Shown here one piece after another: positions 39,200 to 49,937 of a stretch of 64,000 nt of DNA. Each line of letters starts with the position of its first letter. Position 1 is the first letter of the stretch. Origin of the DNA: Okamejei kenojei (Eukaryota); assembly GCA_035221665.1 (NCBI GenBank), contig CM069145.1:61132001-61196000 (forward strand), read 5' to 3'. The translations under genes were made by a program, and so were the position numbers. The notes under the pieces were generated by a model, which saw only the letters and a list, made by a program, of their open reading frames with translations, had not been told where the DNA came from and did no database searches.

Positions 39200-39515
39200 C
39201 CTCAGGATGTTGTAGGCCACAGGCTGGCGGTCCGAGCTCTTCAGGATGTTGTAGGCCACAGGCTGGCGGTCCGAGCTCTTCAGGATGTTGTAGGCCACAG
39301 GCTGGCGGTCCGAGCTCTTCAGGATGTTGTAGGCACAGGCTGGCGGTCCGAGCTCTTCAGGATGTTGTAGGCCACAGGCTGGCGGTCCGAGATCTTCAGG
39401 ATGTTGTAGGCCACAGGCTGGCGGTCCGAGCTCTTCAGGATGTTGTAGGCCACAGGCTGGCGGTCCGAGCTCTTCAGGATGTTGTAGGCCGCAGGCTGGC
39501 GGTCCGAGCTCTTCT
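39200..39515 (+). repeat. 39-bp tandem repeat, about 8 copies (caggatgttgtaggccacaggctggcggtccgagctctt)
   Basis: Near-perfect direct copies. A single related unit occurs in reverse at ~50370-50415. Confidence 0.95.
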
Positions 39516-40917
39516 CCGGCGAGGGTTCCCAGGCTCCGGATGGTAACTTTGAACCTGGTTCCTGATTAACCTTTCTGGTCTTTAAAATATTCAAAGCTAA
39601 TGAAGAGGGAAATCAGTTTTGACCATCTTTGTGAATGCATTTGATAAACTCATTCAGAAAGTGGAAAGATACAGAAGGAAGAGCCAGTGATGAGCTTTGC
39701 CTGTGGCAATGTGTTCAGGGCTGAAGCTGTTCACTATATTTATTGATAGTTGCGATGTCGGATAGAAAGCCACACGACCACGTTTGCCGTTCACACAAGG
39801 CAAGCAGACGTGTCAACAGAACATCTGGATGGTGGCATTGTTGAGATGAGGATGCATGAAGTGAATGGGCAAATCTGTGGCAAGAACCGGCTCTTTAAAT
39901 GTGTGTGGACCACACCCAGAGGAGACACTGGCTGGCAGGGAGGGTTGAACAGGGGGGGGGGGGGGGGGGAGAAACGTTCTTAGTCTCTTCCTTTTGGGGG
40001 GACGCGACTTTTCTTGTCGTATCCCCTGTCTCCGTCTCCGTTTGCGCTGAGGCCTATCGCGGAGCTGGCAGCCTCCAACTTTAACTGCGACCGACCCGAG
40101 GCTCCGGAGGCAGAGCCAGCCAGGACTTACCAGCGCGGGGCTGGCCGACCTCGGGGCTGCAGCGGGTTCAGGCGTTCCGCCGGCCCGACTCGGAGCTGTG
40201 GCGGCTTTCCGGTGGTGGTGGCAGTGACTTCAGAGGCCCGGCCGCGGGCCCAGTGGACGACATCGTCGGGAGCTCGCAGGTCACAGGTTGGTGACCTGTT
40301 TTTCCGGAGCTCCCGCGGCGGCAGCTGCGTCCGCTGGACTGGAAGGCGGCAGCTTCGACCGCCCCGGGCCGCGGAGTTGGACCGGCCCGCTCGCGGAGCG
40401 CGGTTCACCAACGGGACTTATTTACATCACCCGGTGCGGTCACAACATCGGAGGCCCGGGTCACCTCAGCGCAGAGGAAGAGGAAGAAGGGAAGAGACAA
40501 AGACAAGATTTTTGCCTTCCACCACAGTGAGGAGGTGTCTGGTGAACTCACTGTGGTGGATGTTAAATATGTGTTTATTGTGTGTTCTGTTATTTACTAT
40601 ATGTATGACTGCAGGCAACGAATGACAATAAAGTTTTCCAAGTTTTCCAAGTTCCAAGTTCCAAGTTCCAACAGACCTGGACTCGCCAGGATCAATTACA
40701 AAGTGAGAAGATGCTAAATAATGATGTTAATGGATGTGGGGGAAACGTCAGCTCTGTGGAGCTGGTGATAGATCTCCACAGTATCATTGAACGGTGGAAC
40801 TGACCCGAGCCTCCTGTCTTCCTGTCCTCCTGTTAGCTTCATTTTATTCACATGTTGTTGATCTTCACAAAACATCCGTGGCAAACTAACTGTCTCACCT
40901 TCGCGTTTGTCCTGAAG

Positions 40918-41057
40918 CTGACACAGACTGGACAGGAGAGGAAGGGAAGGAGGAGCCGGGGGACTTGGATGGAGATGAAAATGTGTTCGCAGTTGCTGCC
41001 TTCGCCATCCTGTTCATTATCAGTTTCCTCTACAGTGCCTACGTCACCGTGGTCAAG
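40918..41057 (+). CDS. Immunoglobulin heavy-chain transmembrane exon TM1 (IgW-like), intact
   Basis: Branch point actaac, pyrimidine tract and aag acceptor. Phase-1 frame (A)DTDWTGEEGKEEPGDLDGDENVFAVAAFAILFIISFLYSAYVTVVK ending at a gtaacg donor. Acidic spacer plus CART motif FxxLFxxSxxYSxxVTxxK. Phase matches the CH exon donor. Confidence 0.92.
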
Positions 41058-41179
41058 GTAACGATGACCAAGGACAGAGATACTTTGTGACCCCCCCACA
41101 CTGTGACTGTCCATTCCTCACTACACTGTGTTCTCTGACTGTCCAATCCTCACCACACTACGGCCCACAGATGATGCAG

Positions 41180-41890
41180 TTAAAGTATTGTGTTCAGTTC
41201 TGGGCACATTGTTATTAGGAAGATGTCAACAAGCTGGAAAGGGTACAGAGAAGATTTATATGTTGCCAGGTTATCAGGGTCTGCTATAGGGAGAGGTTGA
41301 GTAGGCTGGGACTCTAATCCTTGGAGCGCAGGAGGATGAGGGGTGACCTTATGGGGGTGTATATAATCATGAGAGGAATAGATCGGGTAGATGCACAGAG
41401 TCTCTTGCCCAGAGTAGGGGAATCGAGGACCAGAGGACACGGGTTCAAGGTGAAGGGGAAAAAATGTAATAGGAATCTGAGGGGTAACTTTTTCACACAA
41501 AGGGTGGTGGGTGTTTGGAACAAGCTGCCGGAGGAGGTAGTTGAGGCTGGGACTATCCCAATATTTAAGAAACAGTTAGACAGGTGCATGGATAGGACTG
41601 GGTTGGAAGGCTGTGGGCCAAACACAGGCAGGTGAGACTAGTGTAGCTGGGACATGGAAACAATTCATGAAATCAATATTCATACTGCTGGGTTGTAAGC
41701 TGTCCAAGCAAAATATGAGATGCTATTCCTCCAATTTGTGTTTAGTCTCACTCTGACAATGGAGGAGACCTGGTCTGTGGGAATGGGAAGGAGAATTAGT
41801 GGTTGGCAACCGGGAGATCAGGTAGGTCCTGGCGGGCTGAGTGACGGTGCTCAGCGAAACGATCGCCCAGCAGGACAGGCAGCATCTCTG
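41180..41890. mobile_element. CR1 3' fragment (+41180-41655) and Penelope GIY-YIG end (-41660-41890)
   Basis: LERRRMRGDL...RTRGHGFKV...FFTQRVVGVWNKLP; minus strand KLEE*HLIFCLDSLQPSSMNIDF. Confidence 0.85.
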
Positions 41891-41892
41891 GA

Positions 41893-42810
41893 TAAAAAGA
41901 TCTTTGTTTTGTTTGCACCTACCAACATGCATACATTATTGCATTACAGTTAATATGTACCAAGGGCAAATTTTTGTTCCAATGCTCCCCATTCCCAATT
42001 GAAGTGATTGAAATCCAAGTCATGGCATCAGAAAAATAAACCCTCCGGAATGGATGATATTCATTACGTGGTTGGTTGGGTCAGTAGCAGCACAATTACT
42101 ATATTAAACTTTGAATCATCAGATGTCCTGGTTCAAGCTAAAACTAAAGACAAATAATAATCTCCTCACACATTCCCCTGCAAGTATCTCTGTCGCTCCT
42201 TTAAAATATGCCCCTTCTTTGAACAAGCTCTTAAATATTGCATCTGAATCAGTTTCCATCTGATTACACTCCTTGAGGATGTTCATCTACATGTTCAATT
42301 AATAAAACAATGAGATTGGGGACATTTCTATTCAACCTGTCCAAGGAATTTGGGGGGGATTAGAAATAGTCAGTGAGGTAAACAAACATGATAGTTGAGA
42401 GGCAAATGACAATAGTGCTACCTTCCCAATATTGAACTGAAGGAAACAATGTGTTATCGGGGCTGTATGTTGTATCAGACAGCCTGACACCTTGCATGTT
42501 GTTTTAATATTACACTTATCCCATCCCCCTGGATATTCCGGATTAATAAATTAAGGTTTTGTCAACTAATTACAAATCGGGCTAATTACATCGGGTGTGG
42601 GAGGGGGTGTCCCAGCTTGAAATTGTGCAATCTGGTGCATACTGTAGCCAGTCCTTTAACTTACGCTTGAATGCAATGTTTATGCTTTAAATTGGATTAG
42701 CTATGAATATGGTTAGGCTAAATTACATTCCTAATTACATTCCTCAGTAGAGCCAGGCACTGATCACTCGCCTTAGGGGTATCCGGTGAGGGAGTGGAGC
42801 AACCAAGTGG
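41893..42810 (+). repeat. Local segmental duplication, copy 2
   Basis: See 28047-28960. Confidence 0.9.
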
Positions 42811-43650
42811 GGGGAGGGCGTGGGAGGGGGTGTCATGTTTTAGTGCATTGTAGAAGTATGATTTCAATGTTTTTAGTTTGAAGTATTTTTAAGAGGTAAC
42901 TTTTTAAGGGGTAACTTTATCCACACAAAGGGTGGTGGGTGTATGGAACAAGCTGCCAGAGGAGGTATTGACGCAGGGAGCATCCCAACATTTAAGAAGC
43001 AGTTCGACTGATACATGGATAGGACAGGTTTGGAGGTATGGACCAAAAGCAGGTAGCGTAGCTGGGACATGTTGGCGGGTGTGGGCAAGTTGTGCCGAAG
43101 GGCCTGTTTTCACACTGTATCACTCTATGACTACATTATACCTCCACCATGCATGGATGCTTCAAAATCAAGTGATCGAGTTTTATTGCCATATACTCAA
43201 GCATAGAAACAGAGAAAGCAGGTGCAGGAATAGGCCATCGGCCCTTCGAGCCAGCACTGCCATTCGATATGATTACGGCTGTCCATCTAAAATCTGTACC
43301 TCTTTCCTGTTTTTCCCCATATCCCTTGATTTCACTACCCCCAAGAGCTAAATGTAACGCTCTCTTGAGTTGGTGAATTCAAGTGACTTGGCCTGCACTG
43401 CCTTCTGTGGCAGAGAATTCCACAGATTCACAACTCTCTGCGTGAAGAAGCTTTGTCCTCATCTCAGTCCTAACTGACCTACCCTTTATTCTTAAACTGT
43501 GACCCCGGTTCTGAACTCCCACAACATCAGTAACATTTTTCCTGCAGTTACGTAAGTGAACATCTAGCAGGCAAGCAGGATGCTTTCTCCAACCACCCCC
43601 GTTTGAAGGCCACTATCTTCCACCGTTTCTACCCAGCGCCTGGTACTTAC

Positions 43651-43836
43651 TTCCAGCAGCCACTGGTTGTCCTCCAGGATGCACCGAGCCGCAGCCTGAT
43701 CCATGCCGGTCACCTGGGCGAATTTGGTGCAGAGACTCTCACGGCAGTGACGCAACATTTCCAATGTCTCCGACGGCCCGGGACTCTTGCACTGAGGCTG
43801 CTCCATGGCCGGAGCTGCAGCGAGCAACTCGCCAAC
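43651..43836 (-). CDS. TDP2-like N-terminal UBA-domain exon (ATG at 43806); no further TDP2 exons recognised in the window
   Basis: MEQPQCKSPGPSETLEMLRHCRESLCTKFAQVTGMDQAAARCILEDNQWLLE versus recalled human TDP2 RRLLCVEFASVASCDAAVAQCFLAENDWEME. Strong Kozak GCCATGG, perfect phase-0 gtaagt donor right after WLLE, and an upstream tttgacag acceptor (AG at 43838-43837). Confidence 0.75.
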
Positions 43837-43845
43837 CTGTCAAAC

Positions 43846-44146
43846 GCTCGCCAGCCCGGCAAATACTCACCAGCCCGGCAAACACTCGCCAGCCCGGCAA
43901 ACACTCACCAGCCTGGCGAATACTCACCAGCCCGGCAAACACTCGCCAGCCCGGCAAACACTCGCCAGCCCGGCAAACACTCACCAGCCTGGCGAATACT
44001 CACCAGCCCGGCAAACACTCGCCAGCCTGGCGAATACTCACCAGCCCGGCAAACACTCGCCAGCCCGGCAAACACTCGCCAGCCCCGGCAAACACTCGCC
44101 AGCCCGGCAAATACTCACCAGCCCAGCAAACACTCGCCAGCCCCGG
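43846..44146 (+). repeat. 20-bp tandem repeat, about 15 copies (ctc(g/a)ccagcc(c/t)ggc(a/g)aa(c/t)a)
   Basis: Direct reiteration immediately next to the TDP2-like acceptor. Confidence 0.95.
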
Positions 44147-44439
44147 CTTCCCATCCACATCTGTCCCCTGCTTCTGCTTGTGCTTCCATCCCACCCTCAG
44201 CCCTGGCTCTCCAACACCCGCGGCCCATGCAGCTGATATGAGTTTTGACATTCTCGTTGATCACAGAATTTCTCACTACAGAGCGTGAGAATTTGGCGAA
44301 ATGCGTGAGAATTGGCAGCCCTCGATAGAGACTGTATCAGGGACCTGCCTCCCCCATCCTTGCTCTCCGACCCATCTAACTGCACTCCTGATTAAAGTTT
44401 ATATTATATGCCTCGTGTCACTTTCCCCAAGCTTCTAAA

Positions 44440-45162
44440 GATAGGCACAAAAAACTGGAGTAACACAGCGGGCCAGGCAGCATTTCTGGAGAAAAGAAAT
44501 GGGTGATGTTTCTGGTCGAGACTCTTCTACAGACCGCCAGGCCTGCTCTATTCTACATTGTCCCTGACCCCCATCCCCTTTGATCTATTTTTTTCACACC
44601 ATATCCTTCCCTATCTCTGACTCCCTCTCCCCTGACCTTCACTCTGAAGAAGGGTCTCAACCCAGAATATCACCCATTCCTTCTCTCCACAGATGCTGCC
44701 TGGCCCGCTGAGTTACTCCAGCACTCTGTGAAACGTCACCTATCCATGTTCCCCACAGATGCTGCCTGACCCGCTGAGTTACTCCAGCACTCTGTGAAAC
44801 GTCACCTATCCATGTTCTCCACAGATGCTGCCTGACCCGCTGAGTTACTCCAGCACTCTGTGAAACGTCACCTATCCATGTTCCCCACAGATGCTGCCTG
44901 ACCCGCTGAGTTACTCCAGCACTCTGTGAAACGTCACCTATCCAATATTCTCCACAGATGCTGCCTGACCCGCTGAGTTACTCCAGCACTCTGTGAAACG
45001 TCACCTATCCGTGTTCTCCACAGATGCTGCCTGACCCGCTGAGTTACTCCAGCACTCTGTGAAACGTCACCTATCCATGTTCTCCACAGATGCTGCCTGA
45101 CCCGCTGAGTTACTCCAGCACTCTGTGAAACGTCACCTATCCATGTTCTCCACAGATGCTGC
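44440..45162 (+). repeat. Penelope-type terminal sequence expanded into a 59-bp tandem repeat, about 8 copies (second array at 48085-48455)
   Basis: Unit ctctgtgaaacgtcacctatccatgttctccacagatgctgcctgacccgctgagttactccagca. Confidence 0.9.
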
Positions 45163-45169
45163 TGTGTTA

Positions 45170-45942
45170 CAGAGTCAAGAGTCAAGAGAGTTTATTGTCG
45201 TGTGTCCCAGATAGGACAATGACATTCTTGCTTGCTGCAGCACAACACAATATGCAAACATAATACAGAACAGATCAGTCTATATACCATAGACCATATA
45301 TATACACAATAAATAAACAGATAAAATGCAATAGGCTGTTATTGTTCAGAGTTTGTTTGATGTCGTGTTTAATAGCCTGATGGCTGTGGGGAAGATGCTG
45401 TTCCTGAACCTGGATGTTGCCAGATTTCATGGACTGGGCAGTGGTCACAACTTTCTGCATTATTTTCCGCTCCTGGGCGCTCAAGTTGCCGAACCAGGCC
45501 ACGATGCAACCAGTCAGCAAGCTCTCTACTGTGCACCTGTAGAAGCTCGAGAGAGTCCTCCTTGACACACCGACTCTCCGTAATCTTCTCAGGAAGTAGA
45601 GGCGCTGATGTGCCTTCTTTATAATTGCATCAGTGTGCTGGGACCAGGAAAGATCTTCGGAAATATGCACGCCCAGGAATTTGAAGTTCTTGACCCTTTC
45701 CACCATCGTCTGTTGATATAAACGGGATTGTGGGTCCCCATCCTACTCCTTCCAAAGTCCACAAATCCTTGGTTTTGCTGGTGTTGAGGGCCAGGTTATT
45801 GTGCTGGCACCATTTGGTCAGTCGGGCGATCTCACTTCTATACTCTGACTCAACCCGTCAGTGATTCATCCCACAACAGTGGTGACGTTGGCGAACTTGA
45901 TGATGGAGTTCGCGCTGTGTCCGGCTACACAGTCATGAGTAT
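45170..45942 (-). mobile_element. Rex1/Babar-type LINE, RT C-terminus to 3' end
   Basis: VERVKNFKFLGVHISEDLSWSQHTDAIIKKAHQRLYFLRRLRR...CTVESLLTGCIVAWFGN. Confidence 0.9.
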
Positions 45943-45944
45943 AC

Positions 45945-47770
45945 ACAGCACATTTGGAAAGCAGTGACAGGATCGGTCAAAGTCAGCATGCATTTATGAA
46001 AGGGAAATCACGCCTGACTAATCTTCTGGAATGTTTTGAGGATGTAACAAGTAGAATGGATAAGGGGGAGCCAGTGGATGTGGTGTATCTGGACTTTCAA
46101 AAAGCCTTTGACAAGGTTCCACACAAGAGATTAGTGTGCAAAATTAGAGCACATGGTATTGGGGGTAGGGTATTGACATGGATAGAGAACTGGTTGGCAG
46201 ACAGGAAGCAAAGAATAGGAATTAACGGATCCTTTTCAGAATGGCAGGCAGTCACTAGTGGGGTACTGCAAGGCTCGGTGCTGGGACTCCAGTTGTTTAC
46301 AATATATATTAACGATTTAGATGAGAGAATTAAATGTGACATCTTCAAGTTTGTGGATGACACAAAGCTGCGTGGCAGTGTGAGCTGCGGGGAGGATGCT
46401 ATGAGGCTGTAGGGTGACTTGGGCAGGTTGGGTGAGCAGGTGGATGCATGGCAGATGCAGTATAATGTGGATAAATGTGAGGTCATCCACTTTGGTGGCA
46501 AAAACAGGAAGGCAGATTACTACCAGACTGATTCCTGGGATGGCACGACTTCCATATGAAGAAAGACTGGATAGACTTGGCTTGTACTCGCTGGAATTTA
46601 GAAGATTGAGGGGGGATCTCATAGAGACTTACAAAATTCTTAAGGGGTTGGACAGGCTAGATGCAGGAAGATTGTTCCCGATGTTGGGGAAGTCCAGGAC
46701 AAGGGGTCACAGTTTAAGGATAAGGGGGAAGTCTTTTAGGACCGAGATGAGAAAATCATTTTTCACACAGAGAGTTGTGAATCTGTGGAATTCTCTGCCA
46801 CAGAAGGTAGTTGAGGCCAGTTTGTTGGCCATATTTAAGAGGGAGTTGGATGTGGCCCTTGTGGCTGAAGGGATCAGGGGGTATGGAGAGAAGGCAGGTA
46901 CAGGATACAGAGTTGGATGATCAGCCATGATCATATTGAATGGCGGTGCAGGCTCGAAGGGCCGAATGGCCTGCTCCTGCACCTAATTTCTATGTTTCTA
47001 TGTTTCTATCTGAATTGTGTCAGATTATGAAAAGAGGAAGTACAATGAGACCTGGATGTCCTTGTACATCAGTCATTCAAAGTAAGCATGTAGGTACAGC
47101 AGGCAGTAAAGAAAGCGAATGGCATGTTACAAGGTACAAGATATGTGCCAGGCTGCACAGGGCGGAGATTCTCGCCTTCATTGCGAGAGGATTTGAGTTT
47201 AGGAGCAAGGAAGTCCTACTGCAGTTGTACTGGGCCCTGGTGAGACAGCACCTGGAGTATTGGGTGCAGTTCTGGTCTCCTAATTTGAGGAAGGACATTC
47301 TTGCTATTGAGGGAGTGCAGCGTAGGTTCACCAGGTTAATTCCCGGGATGGCAGGACTGACATATCTTGAAAGAATTGGTCGACTTGGCTTGTATTTGAT
47401 GGAATTTAGAAGGATGAGAGGGGATCTTATAGAAACATGTAAAATTCTTAAAGGATTGGACAGGCTAGATGCAGGAAAAATGTTCCCGATGTTAAGGGAG
47501 TCCAGAACCAGGGGTCACAGTTGAAGAATAAGGGGTCGGCCATTTAGGACTGAGATGAGGAAAAACGTTTTCACCCAGAGAGTTGTGAATCTGTGGAATT
47601 CTCTGCCACAGAAGGCAGTGGAGGCCAATTCACTGGATGTTTTCAAGAGAAAGTTCGATTTAGCTGTTGGGGCTAACGGAATCAATGGATATGGGGAAAC
47701 AGCAGGAACGGGGTACTGGTTGTGGATGATCAGCCATGATCATATTAAATGGGGGTGCTGGCTGGAAGGG
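45945..47770 (+). mobile_element. Two CR1 fragments (RT with internal deletion; 3' ends)
   Basis: [38 protein letters not shown]; LEYWVQFWSP. Confidence 0.92.
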
Positions 47771-49429
47771 CTTCTTCTTCTTTCATGTCCATCATCGATG
47801 TTTCAAATGTTGGGCCAGGCTCTTGCACAGTGGACAGCCTTCATGTCTGGCAGCACTAGATCTCCCAGGCAGCATTGATCACCAAGAAGTGGGCATCTTA
47901 GCCGGTGTGGCATGGATTGTACAGATGTTCCACATTCTGTGTCTGACACATCTGCATCGCCCCATTTGCTCACATTGGTCTTGCATCGGCCCATCCCGGT
48001 ATGAAGCCTTTTGAGGGACTTCCAGTCACACCTGTGACCAGGTGGTAAGGACTGAATGGCCTACTGCTGCACCTATTTGCTATGTCCCGCTGAGTTACTC
48101 CAGCACTCTGTGAAACATCACCCATCCATGTTCTCCAGAGATGCTGCCTGACCCACTGAGTTGCTCCAGCACTCTGTGAAACGTCACCTATCCGTGTTCT
48201 CCACAGATGCTGCCTGACCCGCTGAGTTACTCCAGCACTCTGTGAAACGTCACCTATCCATGTTCTCCACAGATGCTGCCTGACCCGCTGAGTTACTCCA
48301 GCACTCTGTGAAACGTCACCTATCCATGTTCTCCACAGATGCTGCCTGACCCGCTGAGTGAAAGTACTATCCGTGTTCTCCCAGATGCACTCTGTGAAAC
48401 GTCACCTATCCGTGTTCTCCACAGATGCTGCCTGACCCGCTGAGTTACTCCAGCACCTGCAGTTCCATCCCAAACATGCCTAGCTAACAATGATCCACTC
48501 CACCCTGGCCACTCCTTTTGCGAAGTAGGTACAGGAACCTGAAAACTGTAACGTCCAGGTTCAGGAACAGCTACTTCCCCACAGCCATCAGGCTATTAAA
48601 CACGACCTCAAATAAGCTCTGAACTGCATAAACTATTATTGTTACTATTGCACTATGATGTTTGTTTTTTATGTGTCCATATGCGTGTACGTGTGCGTGT
48701 ACATATACACGCACTGAAGGTTTTTTCTACTTTATTATATTTTTCACAGTGTTACATATTGTGTCGTGCTGCAGCAAGTAAGAATGACATTGTTCTCACT
48801 GGGACACTCTTCACCCAAGTACATTTTCCTACGGTGGACACAAAATGCTGGAGGAACTCAGCGGGTGAGGCAGCATCTATGGAGAGAAGGAATAGATGAC
48901 GTTTTGGGTCAAGACACTTCTTCAGATGCGTGCCCTGTCATCAATCAGCACCAGGGTCCCGCCTCCGCCGTCATCCCGTCCTGGGGGGGGGGGGGGATTA
49001 CTAGAGATGAGCAAGGATGAGGTATGAAAATGAAAGATCAAAGGGGATGTGAAAAAAAATGGAGAAAACCTTTGATTTTTCCAGCATCTGCAATTCTTTC
49101 TCAAACAAGAGTCTGAAGAAAGGTTTCGGCCCAAAACGTTGCCTATTCCTTCGCTCAATAGATGCTGCCTCACCGTGTCGGCCAGAAACGTTGCCTATTC
49201 CTTCGCCCCACAGAAGCCGCCTCACCCGCTGAGTTTCCCGAAACGTCGCCTATCTCCTTCGCTCCATAGAAGCTGCCTCACCTGCTGAGTTTCTCCAGCA
49301 TTTTTGTCTACCTTCGATTTTCCAGCATCTGCAGTTCCTTCTTAAATATTTCATTGTCAAGTGTCTCAGATAGAACAATGACATACTTCCTTGCTGCAGC
49401 ACAATAGAATCTGTAAACATAGTGCACTG

Positions 49430-49937
49430 TAGAACATAGAAAATAGGTGCAGGAGGAGGCCATTCGGCCCTTCGAGCCAGCACCGCCATTCATTGTGATC
49501 ATGGCCGATCGTCCGCAATCAATAACCCGTGCCTGCCTTCTCCCATATCCCTTGACTCCACTAGCCCCTAGAGCTCTATCTAACTCTCTCTTAAATCCAT
49601 CCAGTGATTTGGCCTCCACTGCCCTCTGTGGCAGGGAATTCCATAAATTCACAACTCTCTGGGTGAAAAAGTTTTTTCTCACCTCAGTCTTAAATGACCT
49701 CCCCTTTATTCTAAGACTGTGGCCCCTGGTTCTGGACTCGCCCAACATTGGCAACATTTTTCCTGCATCTAACTTGTCCAGTCCTTTTATAATGTTATAT
49801 GTTTCTATAAGATCTCCCCTCATCCTTCTAAACTCCAGTGAATACAAGCCCAGTCTTTTCAATCTTTCCTCATATGACAGTCCCGCCATCCCAGGGGTCA
49901 GTCTGGTGAACCTACGCTGCACTGCCTCAATCACGAC
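49430..49937 (-). mobile_element. CR1 3' fragment split by a DNA transposon (continues at 53499-53550)
   Basis: ORF 49308..49994 has CR1 motifs. The sequence 'gcctcaatcac|aaggatgtcc' resumes after 53498. Confidence 0.9.

Noticed and set aside
39200-45162. Regular repeat arrays (39, 20 and 59 bp) as CRISPR-like loci
   Set aside because: Head-to-tail units with no unique spacers, in a vertebrate context with no cas genes.
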